DNA of 64,000 bases. Origin: Eledone cirrhosa. Its lineage: Eukaryota. Positions 13,476-25,886 of this stretch are shown in pieces (the stretch's first letter is position 1; every line of letters begins with the position of its first letter). Location: assembly GCA_964016885.1 (NCBI GenBank), contig OZ024740.1:166594001-166658000 (forward strand), given 5' to 3'. The translations under genes were made by a program, and so were the position numbers. The notes beneath the pieces were generated by a model. The model made no database searches, was not told the DNA's origin, and worked only from the letters and a program-made list of their open reading frames with translations.

Positions 13476-13561
13476 TGTATGTGTATGTATATATATATAT
13501 ATGTATGTATATATATGTATCTGTATATATGTATGTATATATATATATACATACATATATA

Positions 13562-13633
<72 letters not shown>

Positions 13634-13644
13634 TATATATATGG

Positions 13645-13727
<83 letters not shown>

Positions 13728-13780
13728 TGTATATATATATGTACATATATATATATATATACACACACATACACACATAA
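13340..13780. repeat. Compound (TA)n/(TG)n microsatellite tract
   Basis: Read directly; source of the spurious poly-YI ORFs. Similar tracts at 18690-19460, 23790-24240, 28830-28980, 60370-60500, 62070-62400 and (GA)n 63175-63268. Confidence 0.98.
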
Positions 13781-13814
13781 GAAGAACATACCCGTACAAA
13801 GCAGGAAGAAATAC

Positions 13815-13980
13815 CTACGAACCAAAGTATCGTCTTCCTGTCTTTCTTCGGCTGCAACGTTATTTCAAAATATTTACTTCTGCGTTCACAGATTGATTTT
13901 TAGTTTCAGCAGATCCCACTAAGTGTGAATGAAAGCAGCAATTCTTTGCTTAAATTTTAATCTGTTATTTTAATAAATAA
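13815..13980 (+). mobile_element. Terminal (pLTR) fragment of the Naiad-type PLE
   Basis: Matches 17883-18040 (GAACCAAAGTATCGTCTTCC...TTAATCTGTTATTTTAATAAATA) and contains a decayed HHR copy. Confidence 0.8.
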
Positions 13981-14089
13981 ATAAATATATAAATATATAT
14001 ATCGAGTAATAATAATAAATTTGAAGAATAAAATCAGTTAAGGGTGAAAGCAGCCATTTTTTGCTTAAACATTTTCATATATATATTTA

Positions 14090-14700
14090 TTGTTATACTT
14101 GGGGAGGGTCATATTTGTGTAATATTGCCAAAATTAATAACAGAACACATTCACTGATTGGTTCGTTTTCGCTTTTCGCTTCTGTGTATTTTATATCGGT
14201 AATCTAATTTATTCGGTCCTCAATGTTGCCATTGACTGACCGACGGTCAAAAATAATACAGATACAATATAGACACAAACACATATATATAGTTTATCAA
14301 AGTTCTTTCGTTGCACATCTGCAACATCGTCAGTGGTGCTATTATTTCCACCCGTTACATTGTATGTCTACGCCATTTTTATTTAGTCTGTCTATATATT
14401 TATTTATTTATTTGTTTGTTTGTTCATTTTATTTTGTCTTCTTTCGCATAGTTTTGCGTGTGTGTATAGTGTATTATTTTTGACCGTCGGTCAGTCAATG
14501 GCAACATTGAGGACCGAATAAATTAGATTACCGATATAAAAGACACAGAAGCGAAAAGCGAAAACCAACCAAACAGTGAGTTTGTTCTGTTATTAATTCT
14601 GGCAATATTACACAAATGTGACCCTCCCCAAGTATAACAATATTTGTTTCGACACACGATTTCATATAAAAAACCTCGCAAAACTAATTCATCACCGTTA
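14090..14700 (+). mobile_element. 5'-truncated, inverted copy of the Neptune-type PLE terminus
   Basis: 14090-14470 is the reverse complement of about 44115-44503; 14471-14690 matches 44339-44548 directly. The two parts form a long inverted repeat flanked by (TA)n. Confidence 0.88.
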
Positions 14701-14877
14701 TATATATATATAACAGTATAAAGAATACATTATTTCGAAGGCAACATAATATTAGCTTCCGAAAAGTTTAAGCTTGACCGTTGGACGATGTACGCTATAA
14801 TATTATCAACAGTCTATTTTCCTTAAGTATACATACTAAATTTAACAGTTTTACAAGTATTAAATAATAATATGGAA

Positions 14878-14937
<60 letters not shown>

Positions 14938-14942
<5 letters not shown>

Positions 14943-15108
14943 AAGTATGACCCCGACGGCAGAGCTCAAGCCGTTTCGACGGCCGTCGAAACGGCTTGAG
15001 CTCTGCCGTCGGGGTCATACTTTCTCCTATTACCTACTCTACTACCGTAAGTATTGAGTACTCTGGTGCGTTATGGTCCATCTGCTTCCTTACCACAACT
15101 CCTCCGTT
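14938..15108 (+). mobile_element. Fold-back micro-PLE insertion
   Basis: Perfect ~90-bp palindrome centred on GACGGCCGTC, then an ~80-bp unique tail. The right arm carries HHR stem III, GAAACGGC..GCCGTC. Flanked by (TA)n. Confidence 0.75.
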
Positions 15109-15129
15109 ATATATATGTATATATGTATA

Positions 15130-15247
<118 letters not shown>

Positions 15248-15284
15248 CCACACATTTATATATATATAGAGATTATGATATATA

Positions 15285-15563
15285 TATATATATATGAATG
15301 TATATATAGTGTATTTTGCAATACACTGTATGCTTAATTAAGAGCATTTCGAAGACCTTATGCTATTGTATTAGAGTAGTGACAGTCTCACTTACTTTAA
15401 TTTTCAGCAAACTGTTTGCTGAAGATTAAAGTAAGTGAGACTATCACTACTCTAAAACAATAGCATAACGTCTTCGAAATGTTTTAATTAAGCATACAGT
15501 GTATTACAAAATACACTATATATACATTCATATATATATATAGCTATTTCAGAGCATCGATTC

Positions 15564-15570
<7 letters not shown>
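15285..15570. repeat. Long palindrome (about 125-bp arms), a fold-back fragment of an HHR-bearing repeat family
   Basis: Arms meet at CAGCAAACTGTTTGCTG (about 15411). The arm is homologous to 39935-40055. Confidence 0.8.
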
Positions 15571-15594
<24 letters not shown>

Positions 15595-15605
15595 TTATTA
15601 AAATA

Positions 15606-15681
15606 ACAGATTAAAGTTTAAGCAAAGAATCGCTGCTTTCACCCTTAATGGGATCTTCTGAAACTAACAAAATCAATCTGT
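15606..15681 (-). ncRNA. Type I hammerhead ribozyme candidate (CAGAAGA core variant)
   Basis: Reverse-complement copy of the motif at 17951-18026, with all three stems retained. Confidence 0.65.
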
Positions 15682-16594
15682 AATCGCAGAACTGGGTATT
15701 TCAAAAAACGTTGCAACCGGAGGAAGACAGGAAGACGATACTTTGGTTCATGGTGACGTTCGCTGGCAAAGAACGGGAAAAAACGAATATAATACGTCAT
15801 TAATAGGAGCGGTGAAAAACAATTACGCGCAAAGACAGAACCACGTTTATGGTATAAAAGAGGTCGTAGACTAATGTTCTCTAAGTGGTGCATAGAGACG
15901 TTCTCTGGCAATGAACGAAAAAACGAAGATAATAAGTCATATGTGGAGCGTGGAGAACAATAGCACGCAAAGACAAAACCACGTAAATGGTATAGCAGAA
16001 GTTGTAGACTAAAATTCTAACTAGCAGACCGAATGAATCTCCGCTACAGAGTAAAGAACAAAGTAAATAAATACAATACAGAAGTAATAGAAACAAATAA
16101 ATACATACACGCCAACAGATACGTACATACACAAGCATACGCAAAACCTTACCATAGGTATACAAAACCACGCACATATAAATATGTGTATGTGTGTATG
16201 CTTGTGTACAAATAAATAAATAATTATATAAACGTATATAAGTAAATAAATACGTATATAACAAGCGCACACACATACCTACAAGTAAATACACGAAGGT
16301 TCGGAGACGTAAGTCAACTAAAACAAGAAGTACACATATACACACACCCACCATACGTACGAACCTGCATACTCACGCAGACGCAAAACTCCAATATACA
16401 CATAACCAAACCCTAAATACCAGAATATGTAAAAATTATACGCCATAACAGTCAAATATACGTACGAGAAGGTATACATATCTTCACAAAACATACGGGT
16501 AATATATACTTACCTATGCAAATAAGTAAAGGAATAAACAAAATATATACTTAGCTCCCACATCAAGACGTAAAATATCCACGTATAGATCGTG

Positions 16595-17800
16595 CTATCC
16601 GTTAGGGTATAACGTGTGGCTGTAATACAGGAAAGCTTTGTGCAATTTATGTTTACAAGCCGAAATTGCCTCCGATTTTTTGTTTAAGATGTGGTCCGTG
16701 GCGTAGAGTATTTCCAGGGCCTCAGCGGCGCAGAGGTCACATGGTCTTTTATTTTCGTTATACGATCTAGCCCAAGCTAGGATCTCCCAGTGTAACTTAT
16801 ATTGGGTGTGGTTGTCTTTTAGACTCCAGATATAAGCTGAAAGTGACGTCATATTCCTTCTTAGAGGGTAACGAAAAGAATGGGTATGCATGTAAAGACG
16901 CTGCTTGAAACTATTGGCGGTTAACCCTATGTAGGCCCTACGGGACGTGAGTGTTACAACCTTACATTTGTAGACAATGTTACTAGAGAGGCATTTCCCG
17001 GATAGGGGACAATCAGCCCGATTCCTACAATTACAGTTAGTACTAACTACAGGGTTGCACGTGTTCCTACGGCTAGGTAGTTTAGCTAAATTTGAAGCTG
17101 TGATGTTATGTGCAAGATTAGGAGTCGTAGAGTAAGAAATTTTAATAGTGTTTCTATTAAAAATTTTACTATATTTATGTGTAGGGGGAAATGCTTCGTA
17201 ATAAGGGAAAGAAAGATCTTAGCTAATGGTGTGGCCACCTCCATATTATATGGTGTGTTAAACCAACAAATGCGACGGGATCTTTTTTTTCTAGGTCTAT
17301 TCCCGTACTCTGTATATGCTACCTTATCGACAAATCCACTTCGAGCAAGAGCTTCATTGTAATAAGTGGATAGGTCGTTGAAAATGCGCTCGTTGGTGGA
17401 AAGACGGGAAAGCCTCAACGAAACGTTTTTTACCAGGTTCTTGGTTATGCTGGCAGGTTGGTTGGAATGCTTACTTATGTAATTAAGCGTATCATTCGGC
17501 TTTCTATACGGGTAATACAACCCATTCAATAAATTGAGGGTAACGTCGAGGTAATTAACGACCGTGAGATTGGCCTCAACCTGTATAGAGAGGTTGAAGC
17601 CTTTAAAGAAGGCTGTGAGTTATTTTCTGAATCTGTCGCAAGCACGAGGTCCGCACTTAGTCATGGTCAAAAGACCATCGTCACGGTACAAACCACCGCC
17701 CGCGTTGGGGAATTCGTCCTTGATAGAGAAAAGAAGGAAAAGGCCAATAAGATCAGTAACCTCCGCAGAGTCACTGGCGCCCATACTCACGTCGAATGGG
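16595..17800 (-). pseudogene. Naiad-type RT C-terminus + GIY-YIG endonuclease
   Basis: FDVSMGASDSAEVTDLIG, GLYRDDGL, YYPYRKPN..SNQP, WFNTPY, linker CNCRNRADCPLSGKC, IVYKC..YIGLTANSFKQR, CDLCAAE..LNKKSEAISACKH. One TAA stop and a frameshift. Confidence 0.9.
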
Positions 17801-17950
17801 GTTGCGCGTAATTGTTTTTCACCGCTCCTATTAATGACGTATTATTCGTTTTTTCCCGTTCTTTGCCAGCGAACGTCACCATGAACCAAAGTATCGTCTT
17901 CCTATCTTCCTCCGGTTGCAACGTTTTTTGAAATATCCAGTTCTGCGTTT

Positions 17951-18026
17951 ACAGATTGACTTTGTTAGTTTCAGAAGATCCCGTTAAGGGTGAAAGCAGC
18001 GATTCTTTGCTTAAACTTTAATCTGT
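17951..18026 (+). ncRNA. Type I hammerhead ribozyme candidate (CAGAAGA core variant)
   Basis: Stem I AGTTT/AAACT extended by ACAGATTGA/TTAATCTGT; core CAGAAGA; stem II CCC/GGG; GAAA; stem III AGCA/TGCT; predicted CUU cleavage after 18012. Confidence 0.7.
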
Positions 18027-18126
18027 TATTTTAATAAATATTTGCTCTTCGGTTCTTATATATCTGATATATATTTTCCTTATCGAGGCCTCTTTGGATT
18101 TTAGTCTTCAATGTTATTGTTATTAC

Positions 18127-18189
<63 letters not shown>

Positions 18190-18711
18190 TAAAAAGAAAA
18201 GAAAATGCTGACAAATTTTTCCCATTGAAAAATGGTTTAATTAGGAATAAGTATAAATTAGTAATAACTAATAGTTAGTATTCAGTTTTAGTTTTAAGAT
18301 AAAAATATATATACAAAAATATATATAAAAAAATATATATAAAAATATATATACATATACTAAGAATTTGATATACCTCTTAACAAATAATATTGCGAAA
18401 TGGTTCCATCAAAAACCATCCGGGTGATCGTTAGTTACCAATATACTGGTTTGTATTTATTTTTCTTGATTTATTCTTAAATTGAGTCTAGCAAACCCTA
18501 TTGTCTCTAGTTAGTATTTTTTTTTCACCTTAGCGTTTCTGGTCTACTACGATTTGAACGCATACATGTATATGTCTGTGTTCGTTTTTCTTATTTGTTC
18601 AGTTATACTATACGGCTCGGAAAAACCCTTTTCCTAGAGCTAATTTTACTGTAATGAGACTATTTTGAGTTTCTACCTCAATACATGTTTTTTATATATA
18701 CATGTATATAC

Positions 18712-18807
<96 letters not shown>

Positions 18808-18840
18808 TCTCTATGTATGCATGTGTATGTATGTATGTAA

Positions 18841-18890
<50 letters not shown>

Positions 18891-19320
18891 TTACATACAT
18901 ACATACGCATGCATTCATAGAGAGCATGAGATAGAGACAGACTGACAGCAATAAAGAAATATATAGATAGGAGAGATGGATAGAATGAAAGTGAGTGAGT
19001 GGTGAGCAAAAAGTAGTGGAAGTAAACAGGGTATATATGTCACATATAAAGAGACATGTCACATGTCATCTCAGTAAAAATAACATGTCAAGACAGTAGA
19101 AATGGTACGGAGTTAAATAAAAATTGGCTTCCCATAAAATGCGTCCTAAGCCCATATGAATATATTCACACACGCACGAACATATAATTACATACACATA
19201 TGCACACACACATCTGTGTATATGTATGTGTATATATATATATATATATATAAATATATATATATATAGATAGATATACATATATATATATACATATCTC
19301 TCTCTATATATATATATATA

Positions 19321-19378
<58 letters not shown>

Positions 19379-20052
19379 TATATGTGTGTGTGTGTATATA
19401 TATATATATATACATGCTTTTATTTATGTATATATTAAAGTGTGTGCGTATATGTATATACATGAAAGAGGGAGACGGAAAGAGATATTTGTGTATGTCA
19501 TTAAATCTAAAATAAATCTTTGCATGTATGAAATTCTATTTGATTCCTATGTGGATGTGTAGGTGTATGTCCTATGTGTGTATCTGTGAAATTATATGTG
19601 AAAACTCCGCGAACAAGAAACGTAAGGTTACGCATGTCTGTAATCATTCAAATTTGTCGCTGCTATAATTTGATCTATACTGGCAGCATGGGAAGATAGG
19701 AAGATAATTTCTGCAATGAGATTCCTAAGTCAACACCGTTTACCCCTGACAAAAAATTGCTCCAATTTTGTCTCATATGGCATTATGTTTTCATTTTCTG
19801 AAGATTCCCTCAATTATTTATTTATACTTATTTCATGAATTATATTAATTTTCCTTTTGTTTTGTTATCTGTATTGTGGATTTTGTTGTCATTTTTCTCC
19901 TTCTATATATCATTAGCTATGTATTCTGTTTCATTTTACTTCTTCCTCTCCCTAACTTTTATTATGCCCAAACCCTTTGTTAATATTATTTTCCTCGTAT
20001 AGTGTTACTGGTTATAAGACATCCCTAGATCAATCGGAAGTAGTAGAACACG

Positions 20053-20103
<51 letters not shown>

Positions 20104-20122
20104 TCTACTACTTATCTATCTT

Positions 20123-20163
<41 letters not shown>

Positions 20164-20799
20164 GTGTGTCTCTGTGCGCGTGTGTGTGGGGGGTGGGTGT
20201 ATCCTCAGGTTCATCGGAGGTTACAGCAAGATACTCAATACATAGCAGAGTATAGATTTTCAATATAGAAATGGCTTCTACAGGACTAGACCTGTTTCAT
20301 TCGAAGGAAATCAGCAGGAAAGGTTTCCAGATCATTTCCTTCGAATATATATATATATATATAAATATATATATATATAAAATAAAGAAGAAATTAGACG
20401 AAAGATAAGACTGGACAATTGGGGGAGAATGGAAATGAATCATATGAGATGGAGGAAGAGATGAGGATGAGGATAAGTTAAGAGAGTGGAAATGAAATTT
20501 GATTGACAACTGAAATTAAATAATCTCGCCAATAAACAAGTAATACTAATTTTACCGCAAGAAATAAATCTTGAGTAAAGATTAGGGGACATAGTTACAA
20601 GGCTGCTGCTGCTGCTGCTGCTGATACTACTACAACAACTACTACTACTACTACTACTACTGCTACTACTTCTACTACTACAACTGCAAGTTGTAGTAGT
20701 TGTCATAATAGTAGTCGTAGTCGTCGTAGTATTAGTAGTTGCAGTAATATTATATAAACAATAACGGCATCAAAAACTACTACCAATACTACATGTGAT

Positions 20800-22980
20800 A
20801 ATTCTTTATATATTGGCCACAAAGGCCAGAACATTTACAACAATGCAAAACGGGGCCAGTAGGGATCTACAATAAATAAAATAGTTTAAACAAATAACAA
20901 TAAAACTTCCCTAATAAGGGGAGAACCAAGCAGGTACAACTTAAGATTCTCAAAGATCCTAAATCACCTTAATTTCTAAAAGCACGACAGGGTGATGAAC
21001 CTCTCCTCTAAAAGCACTCCTGCTTACAGGCCCATGGTCATATTAGTCCCACCCATTCGGGCCATTCTTGCTTCATCTATTCACCCACATTTTAAGAAAC
21101 AAACTATCCAACTTCACCTTCCTTTCCAAATGAAACTTGAAAAAGTTAATGAGAGCATCGGCGAAAATAAAGTGTGTCTTCAATCCTTTGAACCTCGTCC
21201 CCCACACAATCTCTTTCGCTACAACCACCAATCAGAGGTAAACTGCCTGAAAATCCCGGCCAAAAGATGGCGGTTGGGTGATCTTCACGTTGGACACGGT
21301 TTTTCGCTGGATCCACCGTCATGCAATAACAGCTGTTAGACATAACTACACACATCAGTAATGCACGGACACTGGTTAAGTGCATTGAGAACGGCTTCGT
21401 CGCGCTGTGCACATCTTGGACAAGTGCGGCTGACCGCACTTCCGTGCCTGTACAGTTTATCTCGAACCGGCAGTGCCGCCCGTTAGCACAGTCATGCGAT
21501 GGATTTCTGGAATTTATCCATAGTTCCCGACACGAATGTTCTCCGGAACAGACTAGTCAGTTCGATTCATCGACGCCTAGATCCTTTCCGAGAACATCGA
21601 CACATTTGCCCACCACTAATCCTCTTTGGAACACTAGAGTGGAATTTCCACTGACCGCAATAGGTGACCACACATGTTCAACGTTAAAGAATATCTGAAG
21701 ATGCCATAGCATTAGTGCTCATCAGCTACTACATGTGCCGCCCTCCATGTACAGGTTGATAGCAGAAGATGGACCACCTCACCAATGGAATCTGTCATAT
21801 CCACTAGAAGTTGAAGTGCAGGTTTCCCAATTTCATGCTGTGTGAACGGAGGCAAGGCACGACGGTGCAGCTGTAATGAATGACGGACACAATCTACGTG
21901 TTCAGCACCTCCTCCCGGATTTTCAATGATAGGTTTATCTGGGCCATTTTTGGACGAGATTTGCCACCCTGCTCTTCACATCGGCTCAGTTCCGAACCAG
22001 AAACCGAGCAACTTCACCTGTCCATCCATCGATTGATCTAAATTGATCATAGTTCCACCGAAACCAGATTTACACCCTACCCTCTCTATGATGTATCGCA
22101 TGATGTCGAGTTTGTTGGGTATGGACTTTTCGGAATTGCCCAGTTTTGCGCCTCCTTACGAAACACTTGACGACTAACGCCGACCTCTTCGCTAATGCAT
22201 TGGCAAAAGTCTTAACCTCTGTGTCTAGCAGGGTTATGGCCTTGACATTGTATAATGTATCCCGGTCGGCTAAAAGATGTGAAGATCTGATAGTCTTCGA
22301 AAATGGGGTTTACTGCGCGTGTGTCTGAAATCATAGTTTCGCTTACTGCAGTCACGTCCATGTCTAGTTACCAGAGGTCGTTAAACAAGCGACTCTGCTT
22401 CAAGGACGGTTTCTGGCCAAGAACATTTAGACAAGCTACTCTATTAATCGCCCTGGTGGCTGCTTCATCAAAAGTGAAACATGGGGTGGTTCTTTACTCC
22501 TCGGGCTCTGTTGGGCATCGGGTGGTTTAATATTTTGGTGGGACCTTAACAGTCTTCGTCTCCACGGAGGACGCGTACATGGCTATTTGGTCCTTGCTTG
22601 ATAGCAAGGGCCTCAGTTCTGAAAAGCACCGAGATGCCCCTGCATTGTTTGTCCCTTGCAATGTGCTCAATGTGTTTTAAGATGCACTTCAGTGCAACTT
22701 CTACACATCCTTGGGAAGCTATCTCGGCATTCCCATATTGCACCGAAGTAATTCTCTTCTCCGTCGCTGCCATCACTGCTACCATGACGTTTATGTTGGC
22801 CCTGCTTTTTCTCTGGTAATGAGTTTTAATTCCTGGGCCAAACGTACTTTCTTTTCAGTCAAATAATACCTGTATAAAGTTTGCGTATTTACAGATGTGG
22901 CTTCAAAAGTTGTGTTTCAGGTTGTTGTTGTCCACTTTTATGAGGCGTCCTTTCTTCAGGACAAAGGCTAAAGTCGTACA
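20800..22980 (-). mobile_element. Older, internally deleted L1/Tx1 copy
   Basis: Collinear pieces homologous to the 3' UTR, ORF2 C-terminus, RT N-terminus, APE start and ORF1 of the 4.3-10 kb element, joined by deletions. Confidence 0.85.
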
Positions 22981-23801
22981 CCTGCTTTGCAACATAATTT
23001 TAAACAAAAAAAGCAAACAACATAAACAGATGTACATAAAGAAAACTTACGGAGCGTAAACAATAATAATAATAATAATATTTATAGAAGGAGTAAACAG
23101 CGACGCATTTCCCCCAAGTGGTAATATGAAATTTAATATTTCATACAAAGGGTTAGACGGTGATGAATATGAAGAAAAATTGCCTCAAAGAAGCCTGCTT
23201 TAACCAAGTGTTCCAATAAACATTTGAAAATTTCACTCTAGATCGCAGATTTATAACAAGTAAATAATAGATTTAAGTTTGTAAATTGTCATTAAACGGA
23301 AAGTTAAAGGGTGAGATTTATCTTGTTTTTAGTAATATATGTTGCCGTATTATGTAAGCACATTTGCGCCGTAGACGGTCGTCATGGGGTAGCCACATCT
23401 TCAAGATAGTGACAGTGGGTGATTTCCTGTCTGTATCGTATGTTGTGGTATTTATTGCCTCTACAGCTGACGTTTAGTAGCTTGTGAAAATATCAAGTCC
23501 GATTGTATGGCAATGTAGAGGGACACAATTAAGAACATAGACGCCTTCAATGGCTTGGAATGTTTGCAGGAGAAATATAATTGCAGTAGCGAGTTCAAAT
23601 CCCCCAGCAGCGCTTGAAGTAATTAGCTTTATTAAATCGACATGCCCTATATCGTGTGCATACATAAAATATCATCATACATATATAATCCCAACATCCC
23701 GGTTGGTTAAGTGAATTACCAGCAACATGAGTGAATATACATACTTATATAATCATAAGTAAATACACAGAGAGAGAGTGACACACGAACACACATATGC
23801 A

Positions 23802-23861
<60 letters not shown>

Positions 23862-23940
23862 CACTATATATATGTATTATATATATGTGTGTGTATATAC
23901 ATATATATATATGTATATATATATATGTGTGTGTATATAC

Positions 23941-23971
<31 letters not shown>

Positions 23972-24089
23972 TATATGTATTTATATATATATATATATGT
24001 ATATATATATGTATATATATATATATATATGTATATGTATATATATATATGTATATATATATGTATATATATATATATGTGTGTGTGTG

Positions 24090-24142
<53 letters not shown>

Positions 24143-24172
24143 TTTCCCATTACTCTAATAATGGCATGAAAA

Positions 24173-24241
<69 letters not shown>

Positions 24242-24833
24242 TTTCTTGCCATTATTGGAGCAAAGTGAAAGAAAATCTTTATACAGTTGATTGAGAGACA
24301 GAACGGCATACTAATGAAACATTAGAAAAAAAAAAACAAAAAAAAAAACAAGTGAAATGTAAAGAAACTCTTAACATCTCCCTAAAGAAAATGACGGAAA
24401 GCCTATAAAAATATATGAGACAACCACCTGAAAAGAAAATATTTCATTGGAAAAGAAAACAAAAAATGGAAAAAGGTCGGGAATTGTATTCAATACAAAG
24501 CAGGATAGGATATGTTTCTAGACAGACATAGCTTACATATATTAAAACGAAGTGAGAATTTCCACAAAGTACCTATTCCAAATAAGTGGTATAAAGTTAT
24601 ATTTTTTAGAATATTTGTAAGGAAGTATAATAAAATCGTTTTGCATAAGGAATCCATAAAGACATAAACTTAGCTGCAAATACGTTTGACATAGTCGTTA
24701 AAGATTAAACAGCATGACGTGTACTTTGGTTGATATGTCATGGCCAACAGAGAGAAACATTGAAAACCAAGGAGGCTTACAAAATATAATAATAAAAGTC
24801 TCTTGTCCCCTAGTCCTCTCATTATATGTGTGC

Positions 24834-24866
<33 letters not shown>

Positions 24867-25052
24867 TGTGCGTGAGTGTGTGTGTGTGGGGGGGGTGGGG
24901 GGTTGTCAGTGTGTGTATGTGTGAGTGTTTATAAATATATAAGTAAAGACATAGATGTACATGCATGTATGTATGTATGTATATATGTACCTATGTAAGT
25001 AAATATGTATGTGTGTGTGTGTGTGTATGAGGGAGTTTTTGTGTGTATTTAT

Positions 25053-25121
<69 letters not shown>

Positions 25122-25423
25122 GAAAGACAGACAAACAGATATATAGATGTATGTGAGAGCGCGCGCATAACGCACATAAAAAAAATATAATATGGGGCAT
25201 GAAACCAACAGCCGTGAAGACAATAATTGTGGCCTTGGGTGTGTTGAAAGAAGAAAGTACAAAAATAATAACATCTTTCCCAGGCAATCTAACACTGCAA
25301 TAACTTCAGCGATGTGAGCATTTTACTCAAGAAAAATGTACACTATTCACAGAACAAAAATAGAAAAGGCTCCTTTGTCGCTTATAATAGCACATTTTTA
25401 TATATTTATATATACACACATAC

Positions 25424-25483
<60 letters not shown>

Positions 25484-25542
25484 TTTCTGTTTGTTTTACA
25501 CACACACGCGCAGAAACACACACACACACAAACCAACATATA

Positions 25543-25600
25543 TGGTTCGGATCTAGCTGTCGAAACGGCCGGAGCTCAGCTGTCGGGGTCCTGGATCTTT

Positions 25601-25602
<2 letters not shown>
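25543..25602 (+). mobile_element. Micro-PLE fragment with the 3' half of an HHR
   Basis: CTGTCGAAACGGCCGGAGCTCAGCTGTCGGGG is homologous to 4093-4150 (-) and to 14985-15015. Confidence 0.55.
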
Positions 25603-25660
<58 letters not shown>

Positions 25661-25664
<4 letters not shown>

Positions 25665-25797
25665 CAAATGTGGATATTCATACATATGTAAATCCATATA
25701 TACCCAGAAAACATTCATAGACATTTACATACAATGTTTTCTGGGGCTATGGATCTACATATATGAATATCCATGAGTGAGATCCACATTTGTAATT
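25661..25797. repeat. Imperfect palindromic (MITE-like or fold-back) element
   Basis: ATTACAAATGTGGAT...ATCCACATTTGTAAT, with inner arms TGGATATTCATACATATGTAAATCCATA / TATGGATCTACATATATGAATATCCA and CCCAGAAAACATT / AATGTTTTCTGGG. Confidence 0.7.
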
Positions 25798-25821
25798 TGG
25801 CAGTTGCGAAGGTGAAGTCAT

Positions 25822-25886
<65 letters not shown>

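Larger units (their letters stand above)
15595..18130 (-). mobile_element. Naiad-type Penelope-like element, 5'-truncated with inverted terminal repeat
   Basis: 15595-15831 and 17802-18035 are inverted repeats; the right copy has an extra ~95-bp tail. RT/GIY-YIG coding lies between them. Inserted in (TA)n. Confidence 0.88.

Noticed and set aside
13183-13922. Long ORFs of poly-YI/CV/HT, here and at many other loci
   Set aside because: They are stop-free translations of dinucleotide microsatellites.
16595-17800. Selenocysteine/SECIS, as described for some Naiad elements
   Set aside because: The Cys motifs I translated use TGT/TGC, the visible stop is TAA, and I could not fit a SECIS fold downstream.
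20275-20345. HHR-like CTGCTGA..GAAAC..GTC on the minus strand, with a 12-bp inverted repeat
   Set aside because: The core is mutated and there is no stem I pairing.
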